64,000 nucleotides of DNA from Squalus acanthias. Its lineage: Eukaryota. This document shows, piece after piece, positions 1-11,710 of this stretch; position 1 is the first letter of the stretch, and every line of letters begins with the position of its first letter. The notes beneath the pieces are model-generated. The model worked only from the letters and a program-made list of their open reading frames with translations. It ran no database searches and was not told the DNA's origin. Both the position numbers and the translations under genes were made by a program. Where the stretch lies: positions 24,430,001 to 24,494,000 of the forward strand of contig CM059432.1 in the NCBI GenBank assembly GCA_030390025.1, in the 5' to 3' direction.

Positions 1-195
1 GAGCCCGGAGGTTTTCCGAGGAAGCTTTGGAGGCATTGGTTTTAGTGGTAGAGAGAAGGTGGATGGTCCTGTATCAACAAGTCTGCTGGATTATGTGGAG
101 GGAGGTGTCACACCATGTCATGGGCAGCACCTGTCGTCCCCAGGTCCCACACCCAGTGGAGGAGGAAGTTTAACGAGCTCACACAGGTAGTCAGG
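1..195 (+). pseudogene. Myb/SANT-like exon 1 of Harbinger A (frameshifted)
   Basis: Translates as ARRFSEEALEALV...MWREV...VVPRSHTQWRRKFNELTQVVR followed by a GT donor; homologous to 32197-32433. Confidence 0.85.
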
Positions 196-561
196 GTGAA
201 TGAAGGCTTCAACAAATGCTACATACCACCATCTGTATCACAAGCTTCACACACTGCTCAATGTACCACACCCCCAGAACTCACCCACCAACAATCTCTA
301 CCTAACAACACTCACACCCACATCTCACATCTTGCACACAATGACAGCTAATCAACTATGGCAGGCACAAGGGTCTTTAGTTATTAGAATTCATGTGATA
401 TGTGTGATATGTTTATAGATAAATTTATTAATGGTGTTTGGAATAATTTGTGGTCTCTCTCATTTCATCTTTTTGCCCAGGAGGATGCTGTGATACACCA
501 TGAGACAGAGATTGTATGATGGGAATGTGGTGAGCTATGGGGAAGTGAGGTTTCATTCATG

Positions 562-1756
562 TCAGTCGGAGTCTGATGAGTCGGTCAAGGACAGCCCGTC
601 CAGAAGGCCAATTGTCTTGCTGCCTCTGCCCTCCCTCCTGATCCTCCTCCTCATCCTCGTCCTCCTCCTCCTCATCCTCCTCCTCCTCTTCATCCTCCTC
701 CTCCTAGTTCTTTTCCTCCTCCCCCTCTCCCTCATCCTCCTGAGGTCATCCCGCAATCCCTGGTGGCAAGGGCTGCGCCCTCATGATGGCCAAGTTGTGG
801 AGCTTGCAGCAGACCACCATGAAATGGGTTACCCGCTCTGGCGAGTACTGGAGGGCTCCTCCTGAGCGGTCAAGGCAGCAGAACTGTTGCTTCAGTAGGC
901 CGATGGTCTGCTCGGTGATGTTCCTGGTGGCAGCATGGCTCTCATTATATGAGTGCTGAGCAAGAGTGTTGGGGCGCGAAGGGGAGTCTCTGAGCTTGAT
1001 GTGGTGGCTGAAAGAGTGCTGGCACACCAGTCTGCCGCAGGATGAAGGCATCGTGGCTGCTGCCAGGATAACGGGCATTGACGGTGAGGATTCGCTGTGT
1101 GTGGTCGCACTCCAACTGCACATGAAGTGAGTGGTAGCCTTTGCGGTTACCGAAGATCTCAGGATTGTTATATGGTGCCCACAAAGCCATGTGGGTACAG
1201 TCAATGGCGCCCTACACCATGGGGAATCACGCTATCCTGGCAAAGCCACGTGCACGCTCATCCTGCTTCTCTCTGGTGCTGGGGAAGCCAATGTAGTCCC
1301 TTCTACTGTAGAGAGCCTCACTGACATCCTGGATGTAGCGATGGATGGCGAACTGCGAGCTGTTAGCTATGTCTCCTGTGCAGGCTGGAAGGATCTGCTG
1401 GCAAAGAAATTGAGGACGACGGTGACCTTGACTGCCACTGGGAGAGCCGTGGTCACCCTGGTCTGAGGCTGGAGGTCTGGTTGCAGGAGGTGGCAGAGTT
1501 CTGTGACTACCTCCTTGGTGAAGCGAAGCCTTCTAATACACTACTCCTCGTTTAATTGAAGGTAGGACACGTACTCTCGGAATACCCTGGGAGGGTAAGG
1601 CCTTCTGTTGAGAGCCCGGATAACCCTCCTCCTCCCTCTGTGCACAGGTTCCCGTCTTTCTTGCTGCCTCCGCTTCCTCCACCATTGATCCTGGAGGGCA
1701 AGGTTGACTGCCAGCACAGCCCCATTAAACTTAGCAAGTGTTGCAGTTTGAATCAT
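562..1756 (-). pseudogene. Harbinger (HARBI1-like) DDE transposase, multiple lesions
   Basis: Motifs spread over several frames: YPPRVFRE, NRKGYHSL, YPGSSHDAFIL, EQTIGLLK, LHNLAI; acidic tail. Confidence 0.9.
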
Positions 1757-1790
1757 TCCAGAACTAATTATGCAGCTTTGTACTTGCCAA

Positions 1791-2056
1791 AAATGTGTGG
1801 GTTAGGTTGATTTGGCTATGATAAATTGACCCTTAGAGTTAGGGGGGATTAAATATGTGGGGTTATTGGGATATGTTAGGGGGAATTAAATACGTGGGGT
1901 TACGGGGGTAGGGTGGGATATGTGTACTGTGGGGATTAAAGCAGGGACAGGGTACTGGATTTGGATGATCAGCCATGATCGTATTGAATGGCGGAGCAGG
2001 CTCGACGGGCCGAATGGCCTACTCCTGCTCCTAGATCCTAGATTCTATGTTTCTAG
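1791..2056 (+). mobile_element. V-SINE (HE1-like) 3' portion with CR1-derived tail
   Basis: The gtgggttaggttgatt-ggctatg-taaattg core is followed by a tail nearly identical to the CR1 3' UTR at 18668-18789. Family name recalled. Confidence 0.6.
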
Positions 2057-2495
2057 AACACTCCTGATACCAAATAACCTTGAAATTACTAAAGAAAACT
2101 GTTGCCGTAGCAGGAACTAACACACAGCCACTCAAACTTCACAAACCTGTCAGGTGCGATTGATTGGTGATGATCACTTTAAATAGTATCGTTGGAGCCA
2201 GCTTCCTGCTGCTGCACACCACCTGAAGCTGTCGTTGTGAACTCCAGCCAGTAAATCCATTGGCTATAAGGAAGTTGGGAAATCAGGCGTCCAGTGTGCG
2301 TTGCACACTCACTGACGTCAAGGTCTCCATGATGGTGAGGTCCCTGGTGAGCGAGTTTACTGGCAGCGCTACCGGTAAGACCAATTTGGCGTGCGGCGCT
2401 GGAACTGGCATCAGCTGTCGTTACAGCTGTCAATGTTGTTTTAGCACCGTCTTGTGGCGATAACGTGTGGCGCAAACCACACAAATTTTTCCCCC

Positions 2496-3530
2496 TCATA
2501 TCTGCTGCCTGGAAAGTGTGCAGTCATCTGCATGATCTTGTGTTGTTGGTTACTGATCACCCACACATATTGATGGAATGGAAGCCCTTGCAGTTTATGA
2601 AGTCATTGGGATTATGTGGATGAGTTTGTATCGTGATATGGGTGCCATCAATCGCTCTCTGAATTTTGGGAATCCTATGATGCAAAAAAAAATTGCAGTG
2701 CCCTGTAAATCTGCTGCTGAGTTTCCAAAGGGGAAATGAAAAAGTTGTTTACCCTGATAATCAATGCATTAGTTATGAGGGAGAGGTTGGAAAAGTTAGG
2801 ACCGTTCTCCTTGGAACCGAGATGCTTAAGAGGTGACCTAGTATAGGTTTTCAAGGTGATGCGAGGTTTTGATAGAGTAGATAGAGAAAAACTATTCCCT
2901 CTGCAGAGTGGGTCAACAACCAGAGGTCACAGGTTTAAAATCATTAACAGATGATCTAGAGGGGAGATGAGGAGAATTTTTTTCACCCAAAGAGCTGTCG
3001 GGATCTGGAACACTCCACCTGAAAAGGTGGTGGAAGCTGATTCCATCAATAACTTTAAAAAGGGAGTTGGACGGGTAATTGAGGATGAGAAACTTACAGA
3101 GTTACGGACAAAAAGCAGGGGTGTGGGACTAAACACAATTGCTCTTGCCAAGGCCTGAATGACCTCCTTCTGTGCTGTAAGTTTCTATGATTCTATGATT
3201 AGTGACCTGCTTGATGCATTTGTGTATTACGGATCGACTGATGTTGCTGATGTCCCAGTGGTAGCCTGGAATGAACCAGAAGCATAATAGGTTAGAGCTG
3301 TGATGACCTTGACATTCGTCTGGTACAGATTGTCTTCAGGTCAGATTCGTTCAGACAGCACAACTTTGTCACTGCGCCCTGGTAAAGCTGAGAATGCAAA
3401 GGCAGTTTTTCTTCGACATTCCCAGGTTGGCATGCTTGGGTCTGTACTCATAACTACATGGGTAAAGGTGGTTAAGGGCAGTCTGGGTATGGTGCAAGCA
3501 AACATGCCTCACATTCCTCCTTGAAGAGAA
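2496..3530 (-). pseudogene. Older Harbinger transposase remnant B, split by a CR1
   Basis: Manual translation: VKVITALTYYASGSFQ...IHKCIKQVT / GFPKIQRAIDGTHI...NCKGFHSIN...FPGS. Confidence 0.8.
2774..3199 (+). mobile_element. CR1 LINE 3' fragment
   Basis: RRIFFTQRAVGIWN motif, (TTCTATGA)n tail, attagt repeated at both junctions. Confidence 0.85.
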
Positions 3531-4399
3531 ATTTATTTCAAGCATCCCTGACAACTTTTAATGATGGCTATACTGCGTTGGAATGCAAGTTGAGGGCGGA
3601 GAGTGTGGAGGAGCATGTGTAACAGACTTTACCCTGATAAAAGAAGCATTGTGGCCAGGGACAGGTCTGGAGTTGCTATGCAACAGTGGAACTGACCAGC
3701 ACTGTCTTGAAATAAGACCCTCATTAATCTGCAACAAGTGACAAGCATGATGAAGTAACCCCATTAAACTTTGAACCAATCATGAACAACAGCGAGAAAA
3801 GCCATACTGGAATGAGCCAATGACTGAGACATACACGTGAACACCACATGAAGAGTCGGAGCACAAAGAAGTATAAGAACTGACACAAGACCTGGGGGAA
3901 ACATTTGTCCCATTAGTGCCTCCCGTTAGCACCAGTAGATAGCGCTAATGGAGCGCTACACCAGTATCGCCAGGGCAAGGCGAATCCAATGCCGCACGCC
4001 AAATCTGCCCCCCCCCCCCCGTACCACCGCTGGTAAGAGGTATCACCGGGAACATCAACGCCAGGTAGATCATGATGTCAGTGCGAGTGCAATGTTCACT
4101 AACTGCTTGATTTGCAAAATTGATTCTTACCACTTATCTCACCGCCTGGAGTAAACACCAACTGAGAGAGCTGGCGTGCAGCACCAGGAAGCCGGCTCCA
4201 GGGACATTATTTAAAGGGATCATTAGTAATCACTCACAGCTATCAGGTTAGTGCAGTTTTAGTGTTTTTTTGTTAGTTTAACCACTGCAACAGTTTCATT
4301 CAGTAATTTCAAAGTTTTTTGTATCAGGAGTCTTCCGGCAACTAAAAAGTAGCTAGATTTATTTTTCAAAAATTCAAACTGCTACACTTGGTAACATTA

Positions 4400-4750
4400 A
4401 TGGGGGCTGAACTGGCATGCCACCTCACCCTCCAGGATCTACGGCAGAGGGAGCATAGGCAGCGAGAAATACGGGAACATGTGCACAGAGGGGTATTCCG
4501 AGAGCACTACTCCTACCTTCAATTAAGTGAGGAACAGTGTTCTGATGAAAGGTCATCGACCTGAAACGTCAACTCTCTTTCTCTCTCTACGGATGCTGCC
4601 TGGCCTGCTGAGTTTTTCCAGCGTTTTCTGTTGTTATTTCGGATTTCCAGCATCTGCAGTATTTTGCTATCGTAACAGTGTATTAGATGGCTCCGCTTCA
4701 CCAAGGAGTTGGCCACCTCCTCCAAACAGACCTCCAGCCTCACACCAGGA
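4400..4750 (+). pseudogene. Harbinger C transposase N-terminal remnant
   Basis: REHYSYLQLSEEQC / IRWLRFTKE, split by the 4541-4673 insert. Confidence 0.75.
4541..4673 (+). ncRNA. Penelope-type short insert with minimal hammerhead ribozyme core
   Basis: gtt-CTGATGA-a-AGGTC-atc-GACCT-GAAAC-GTC-aac; 8-bp TSD aacagtgt at 4533-4540 and 4674-4681. Confidence 0.7.
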
Positions 4751-4915
4751 TGACTTAAACCCCAGATCCCCTTTGCTCACCACATCCCCAACATTCCATC
4801 GCTCTCTCAGGCCATATCACAGCGCAAAGCTGAGATGAGAAACACCACAAAAGAATGGTAAGTGAAGTAATACATTTTTCAAAAAGTAGTGGACACATAT
4901 TTACACCAAAAATAT

Positions 4916-6790
4916 TTACTTTTCACCCTTGTGCAATCCCTTAGTGCCTGTCATTACTGTGCCTTTTCCTGCTCTAGTGCTCCTATGAAGTGTTGGCCCA
5001 GTGGCTGCAGCAGGGCTGGCGGAAGGCTGCTGAGTGTCAATGCAGGAGATTTCAGATGGCCTTGCAGGACGTCCTTGATCAGCTCTGGACCTGGAAAGCC
5101 CGGCTGTAGACTGCACCACCTCAGCATGGGCAGCAGCAGTCTGGGCTGGCTGGATGACAGGCAGCGACAAGGGCAATGGCGGAGTGGCAGTGGTGGAAGC
5201 AGGAATACTGTCATCCTGAGAGAGGACAGCAGCTTTCTGCTCCACTGACCCACTGCCACTCCCCCGGGGCAGCACCTCAGCATCCCCAGCAATCTGTTGG
5301 AGCACAGATTGCTGGCCTGCTGCAACACCGTGAAAGCCCTGGTTGACGGTGGTAGGCCGAGCCACGATGGCAGCAGTCAAAGCTTGTGTGGCATCAAGCT
5401 GAGCCTGCATGAGAGCAGTTTCAGATTGGATGCCATCAAGCATAGACTGCATTACAGCACTAAGATGTTGCATCACTTCTGCCTGTGCTGCAATGGAAGC
5501 TGCCAAATCGCCTGCGGCATCAGGTCTGGGTCACCACGATCTCTCTGGGAGTCTACCATCCTTTGCAGACTGGAAATGATGGGCTCCATGGTGTGCGCAG
5601 AGCCTTGTGCAATGTTGGAGGTGGACTCCTCCACGCTCATTACCATTGCCGAGAGGCTCTCGGGCACCCTTGCCATTGCACCTATTATCTCCGTGTGCAT
5701 GCCCATCACCCTTCTTGTAAACGCCTCCCCATCGAGGTCCTCATCTGTGTCCAGTACAGTAGAACTCGCGCGCGAACTCACCCTCCGGGGAGCTGGCCCC
5801 CGAGCTACCCTTTCCCCCTGGACTTGCTGCAGCCCACTCATCCCTGGTGCCTCACCCTGTGCAGATTCCACTACTATACTAGCCTCTAAAGAATGTGTAG
5901 TGCCAGTATCTGAGCGGGTGAGAGGTGCAGTGATGCGGTGTGTTTTCCTCCTCCTCTTCTCCTGCCTCGCTCTCTATGGTGCCCTCATTGAAATGCTGCT
6001 CAGCTGCTTGCTGATTATCTGAAAGCATAAAAGCACAAGAGTTGGGTTAAAGTGAGGGGAGGGGGCAGGAAGGGAGAAATGCATGCATACAGAATGATTA
6101 GCTGGAACGCTTGTGTGGTGAGGGGGAAGTGGGATGTGAGAAGAGGGAGTAGGGGGTCAAAGTTGCCGGTGGCCACGGCGCTCACCACCTGGTACCCAAT
6201 GATTTGCAGCACTCGATTTTCCAGCGCAGACAGTGGTTGGGTGTCGGCCTGTGCACTCCTGCTCCCTCCTGTCTGTTGTGTGTCACCTTGGCCTGCAAGA
6301 GAAAGGAAAGTGTGTGACTGAGTGTGGAGCAAAGTGTTTGGGTGATGTGTCTGCCATAGTTGAATAGCTGTCATTGTATGCAAGGTGTAAGATGTAGGTG
6401 TGAGTGTTGGTCAGTAGAGATTGTTGGTGGGTGAGTGCTGGGGGTGTGGTGCTTTGGGCAGTGTGTGAAGATTGTGGTATAGATGGTGATTTGTAGCATT
6501 TGTTGAAGCATTCACTAACCCTCACCACCCGAGTGATGTCGTTAAATTTCTTCTGCACCGTGTGTGGGTCCTGGGGACCACATTGCTGCCCGAGATGTGC
6601 TGCGCTACCTCCCTCCACATGGTGCGGAAGACTTGTGGCGAAGGCCTCCTGCCACTTGCTGGGTAGAGCACTGCCCTCTCTCTCTCCATAGCGAAAACCT
6701 GCAGGCTCTCTTCCTGGGGCATGGACCTGCCATGAGCACACCTGGTTCAGTCCTCCAGGTCCTTCTCCTTGTTCTGCTTCTGCTTGCTGA
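4916..6790 (-). pseudogene. 3-exon Myb/SANT-like gene of Harbinger C (frameshifted)
   Basis: KKFNDITRVVR with donor after 6520; acceptors before 6292 and 6018. ORFs 5473-5871 and 4916-5506 are clearly homologous to 33129-34016. Confidence 0.88.
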
Positions 6791-7892
6791 GGCAGCTGCA
6801 CAGCCAGCAATGCTGAGAATGAGTTGCTGCAGCATCAATGAACCTCCCCTTTAAGTAGTGAAAAAAGCCTGTGGCAATGATGAGTTGCGATTAGACTGCA
6901 CCCGATATTAGTCCACCCTTTAAGTGTAATGCCAATGAGCTTAGGTTTTAAGACTTCATTTAGGACTCCAATCATTTTATTGAGCAGTGGAGCACGAATT
7001 TTTCGTGGAGTCTAAAGCAATTGCGTCTGGCGCTAATTCTCCAACTTTTCTACTGACACTGCCCATTCTTTGGCTATAACGAATTTCTAGCCCCTAGTTT
7101 TTTACTGCAGTCGATGAGGACAAAGGTGTCCTGGTCTAAAGAAGAGAAGACATCTAAAGAATTCAATGGACTTCGGGTGATCAGTGTTTTAGCCAACCGG
7201 GCACTTGAAGACTCCAGGACAGGTCTAGTTGTGTTTCTTATTTAATCCATGTGTTAGTGGTTAAATAAAAGATCTCTGTGAGAGAAATAGTGCATGCGTG
7301 TGTTTCTGTTAATTTGGATTCAGATCTATGAACCCTACTCTGACACCTAATGTGGGAGGTGTGAAAGTGGTAAACAATTCTTACATCCTTTCATCCCCTT
7401 GTTCCTCTTCCAAATAACACAACTAGAGAAGAATATCTATATCCAGATTTGTAACTGTAGCAAACAAAGTCTCGCTGCCAATAATCTGGGACAAGAACCT
7501 TCAAAAATAAATACGTTGACAAGCAAAAAACTCTAAATTCAGCTTTCATGAATCTAAAGTTAAAATCCACTTCTCCAAATGAAATTACGGCTGACCACAT
7601 GCCCTTAAAATACTGATTTCTCTGCCCAGAGTATGTCAGACCCTCAGAGACCATTTTATATGAGCAAACTAAACACACAGCAAATTCCTAGTGAGAAAAC
7701 CAGGGAATCATTCCTATGCTGATTTGCAATTTATTAGCATTAAGAATGTTATCAAACCCTTCTTTCCAAGATTCCCTGCCCAAAGCACCACATCCCCAGC
7801 ACTCACCCACCAACAATTCATTTTGACTCCTCTGTTGCTAAGACAGCACTAGGACTACTTCCAGATTGCTTTGTAAAGGCCACCAAGAAAAA

Positions 7893-7995
7893 GACAAAAA
7901 ACCTGAATTTATATAGAGCCTTTCACGACCACCAGACGTCCACAGCACTTTACAGCCAATGAAGTACTTTTGAAGTGCAGTCACTGCTGTAATTA
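7893..7995 (-). mobile_element. DeuSINE 3' tail fragment
   Basis: Reverse complement of the tail at 21640-21740. Confidence 0.7.
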
Positions 7996-8053
7996 TAATA
8001 TTAAAATGAATAAAAGCAAACTAATGTGGATGCTGGAAATCTGGAATAAAAGA

Positions 8054-8937
8054 TTCTTCTTCTTCTTAGGCAGTCCCTCGGAACCGAGGATGACTTGCTT
8101 CCACACTAAAAATGAGTTCTCAGGTGACTGGTGAGTCCAATGCGGGACCTACAGTCTCTATCACAGGTGGGGCAGACGGTGGTTGAAGGGGCGGGTGGGT
8201 GGGGTGCTTGGGTTGACGTGCGCTCCTTCCGCTGTTTGCGCTTTGCTTCCACTTGCTCCTGGCGAAGAGACTCGAGGTGTTCGACGCCTTCCCAGTTGCT
8301 TCTCCTCCACTTTGTGCGGTCTTGGGCCAGGGATTTCCAGGTGTCGGTGGGGATGTTGCACTTTTTCAAGGAGGCTTTGAGGGTGTCCTTGAAGCATTTC
8401 CTCTGGGGCTCTCTTGCCATGTCGGAGCTCCGAGTAGAGCGCTTGTTTTGGGAGTCTCGTATCGGGCATGCGGACGATATGGCCCATCCATCGGAGCTGA
8501 TCGAGCGTGGCCTGAGCAAGAACACTGACGTTGGTGCACCTATCCTGCCAATGGATTTGCAGGATCTTGCGGAGGCAGCGTTGGTGGTACCTCTCCAGTG
8601 CTTTGAGGCTCCCGAGGTATGGAAAGTAGTCCACATTGTCCAAGGCCTTGTCATGGATTTTGATAATCGAGGAGCAGTGCTGTGTGGCGGGGGCAGGTTG
8701 GTAGAGGACCTTTGTCTTACCCATGTTTAGTGTAAGGCCCATGCTCTCGTATGCTTCGGTGAAGGTGTTGACGATGGTTTGGAGTTCGACCTCAGAGTGT
8801 GTGCAAACGCAAGCGTCGTCTGCATACTGTAATTCGATGACAGAGGATGGTACGACCTTGGATCTGGACTGGAGACAACAGAGGTTGAACAGTTTCCCGT
8901 TTGTTCTGTAGATGAGCTCCACTCCAGCGGGGAGCTT
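8054..8937 (-). mobile_element. RTE-clade LINE 3' fragment with internal deletions
   Basis: LQYADD, QLRWMGHIVRM, C-terminal CPTC...SRIGLTSHLRTH, (GAA)n tail. Confidence 0.9.
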
Positions 8938-9185
8938 AAAATGAAGCTCTCCCCCATTTTGGGCAAGAATACTTTACTTGGGCCTATAAAGGCTACCTGG
9001 TTAATCATACTTTACACACAACAGGTGGAAATCCAGCGAGACTGAGTTTCACCTGATTTTTGCAGTCAATGATTACCTAATGTACTCTGGTGCCATTAGC
9101 TATAGTGACCGAGAAATTTGCCCTGTAATATTTGTCACAAAATAGGTAAATAAAGTAGTAAATGATCCTTTGGTGTAAAAAGAAT

Positions 9186-9907
9186 GGGGGAACAATTAGG
9201 TCGCACCCACTTTGCGGCGCTAACTACTTTTAGCGCCTAGCGCCCCACGCCCAAAATTCACCGGCAGCGCCCCTCTTGGGGTGCAGCGAGTGAATATCAC
9301 GCCGCTACGTGCCACAGCGCCACGCTCTGCATTATGTCACGCCGCAGTACTGCAGGCCTTCCGCCTCTTATTAAAGGGGAGGGGCCTTGCGCAGCGCGAC
9401 CCGGGGCCCAGCTGGGCCACCAGGGATTGGAGTGCTGGCAAAAGAGCCCGGCACTCAAGAGAAGTGCCGGGCTCATGGAGCGCAGTTGGCGCTCCGCGGG
9501 GGGGGGCTTCACAGGATGCTGGGGACGGCAACGGGGGCAGATGCTGGCAGGCGGCCAGCAACAAAAATGGCCGCCCGGCACCTCCCCTTTAATTTGCGCC
9601 GCCCCGGCCGCAGGTAGGCCCCCCTGACCCTGTTGGACATAGCGTCTGGCGGCAAGTCAGGGGGCGCTACCGAAGATCGCGACCGGGGCGCGAGCGGGGC
9701 GCTGCGCACGGTGATGATGTCATCGCCAGCCGCTCATCGCCGGCAGCGCAGCACCGCAGGGCGCTAATGGTTACCGCCGCCGCTATCCTCCCGCTGAATT
9801 CGCAGGAGGCGTTGGCGGCACCGCGCCCAGGCGCTAGTTGCTTTGCGCCCCATTAGCGCCCTCTTAGGGCACTAACGGGAGACGCAAATCAACCACATTT
9901 TTAGGCC
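9186..9907. mobile_element. Non-autonomous Harbinger (MITE), GGCGC-motif family
   Basis: AAT TSD at 9183-9185 and 9908-9910; both ends homologous to the ends of the 31837-35982 element; CpG-rich. Confidence 0.85.
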
Positions 9908-10854
9908 AATATGTTTTATGCTGTCAGAGAAAGGACAAACGTAAGTCAAAGTTTCCCTTTGCTCAGTTCTCAAGTCTGAAGAGGAAGTGCTAATAGGAGG
10001 CTACCGTGTCTCTAAACAGAGGAGCGTGAGCAGGATATTCAGAAGGGAGGGTCGAACCTGGACGACCTGTGCCCTCTTGACCAGAAATATCAGGCCAGGG
10101 AACACAGGGAAAAATAGAGAACAAGGAAAGTTACCCAATAGCCAATTAAAAACTACATTTCATTCAAAGAATGCATTTTATATTAAAATACAATTTTTGA
10201 CAGAAAACAAAGTAAATCCAATATTGTGCTGAATATACATATATGATAATTATGGTGAGGGAATAATTTATACAATACAGGGTAGAACCCAGAAGAATGA
10301 GCTGTTAAACTGATCTTTCACATGAAGAAGTGCTGTGGCCACAGTCCAAGACATTTATCCAGCTCGTAGAAGCCATTTTGTGTAAAGGACCCTCGGGCAC
10401 TGCTATAAATCTTGCTGTTCTGCTTAATGAGTTTTGGGCATTGCTATCTCCATCTTGCAGTCACGAATGATTGCTGACATTTTCAGGTAGTGATATGTAT
10501 TTATATAATGATTAAGTATGAGATTTGGTGAATATTTTTTGTGATAAAGTGAATTTAACAGTCAATGTTGTAATTGAAAATGAGTTGAAGGGAAAATTGT
10601 GTTACATGAGATGTTGGAAAATGTTTTGAAAAACTTATGTTAATTTATGCATAATCGAATGTCAGTTCCAGCAAAACTAAAAGAAAAACAACTTTAATGC
10701 TGAAAGATCATTAAATAGTATTTCTAATAATTTTGTTCACATTCTTAAAAAGTGTGAAAGCTGCAGAGTACTTTTTGCAATAGCCTGGAAGGGCAAAACA
10801 CAAATAGAAAATGACTAAATTTACTTACAACAAAGGGATAAATTGTCCAAGATT

Positions 10855-11431
10855 AGAATCATAGAATGATACAGCACAGAAAGAGAACAATAGGCCCATT
10901 GTGCCTCTGGAGCTCATTGAGCTATCCAATTAGTCCAATTCCCCTGCCCTTTCCCCATTGGCCCTGCAATGTTTTCTCCTTCAAGTATTTATTCAATTCC
11001 CTTTTGAAAGTTACTGTTGAATCTGCCTCCACCACCCTTTCAGGCAGTGCATTCCAGATCATAACAACTCGCTGCATTAGAAAAAAAATCTCACCTCGAG
11101 TTCTTTTGCCGATTACCTTAAATCTGCTTACTGACCCTTCTGTCACTGGAAACAGTTTCTTATGTACGCTATAAAAACCCTTCATGATTTTGAATACCTC
11201 TATTAAATTTCCCCTTAACCCTCTCCGCTCTAAGGAGAACAACCCTAGCTTCTCCAGTCTCTCCACATAACTGAAGTTCCGCATCCCTGGTACCATTCTA
11301 GTTAATCTCTTCTGCACCCACTCCAAGGCCTTCAGAAAGTATGGTACCCAGAATTCAACAGAATACTCCAGCTGAGGCCTAACTAATGATTTATAACAGT
11401 TTATCATAACTTCCTTGCTTTTGTACTCTAT
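10855..11431 (-). mobile_element. CR1 LINE 3' fragment; continues at 15704-15777 beyond Harbinger E
   Basis: YKSLVRPQLEY...VWNALPERVVEA-type ORF (10922-11407) and CR1 tail. Confidence 0.9.
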
Positions 11432-11710
11432 GGGCTGGATTTTGATACTGGGGTGGGCGGGGGTCGTGTAATCCGCATTTCGTGTTAGCCACCCATTTCT
11501 AAATCGATGTGCGATAATGATGCTATTTTAACCTAATTGGCCAATTGAGTTCCAACGTGTGGGAACCCATGGCCAGTGAGTTTTTCCAGTCTGAAAGTCG
11601 CCTTCAATGACGTCATCATTGCTGCTGCATTTAAGGTCTGCAACAAGCCTTGCTTCCTCTGCAGACTGCCAAGCTTTTGCCCTTGCATGTTAGAGGCACC
11701 TGCAGGATGA

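Larger units (their letters stand above)
1..2495. mobile_element. PIF/Harbinger transposon copy A; left end outside the window, internally deleted
   Basis: Myb exon 1 on + and transposase on -. The right terminus aaatttttccccc at 2483-2495 resembles the ends of the 31837 and 49806 elements. Myb exons 2-3 are missing. Confidence 0.85.
3894..7093. mobile_element. Harbinger copy C; most of the transposase deleted
   Basis: Ends GGGGGAAACATT and AATTTCTAGCCC; convergent transposase remnant (+) and Myb gene (-). Confidence 0.85.
3618..7345 (+). mobile_element. Possible solo LTR interrupted by Harbinger C
   Basis: TGT...ACA ends, TATAA near 3873, AATAAA near 7264. No clean TSD, and the left boundary is uncertain. 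Confidence 0.3.

Noticed and set aside
500..865. Leu-rich membrane-protein-like ORF
   Set aside because: It is the opposite strand of the (GAG)n acidic tail of the transposase.
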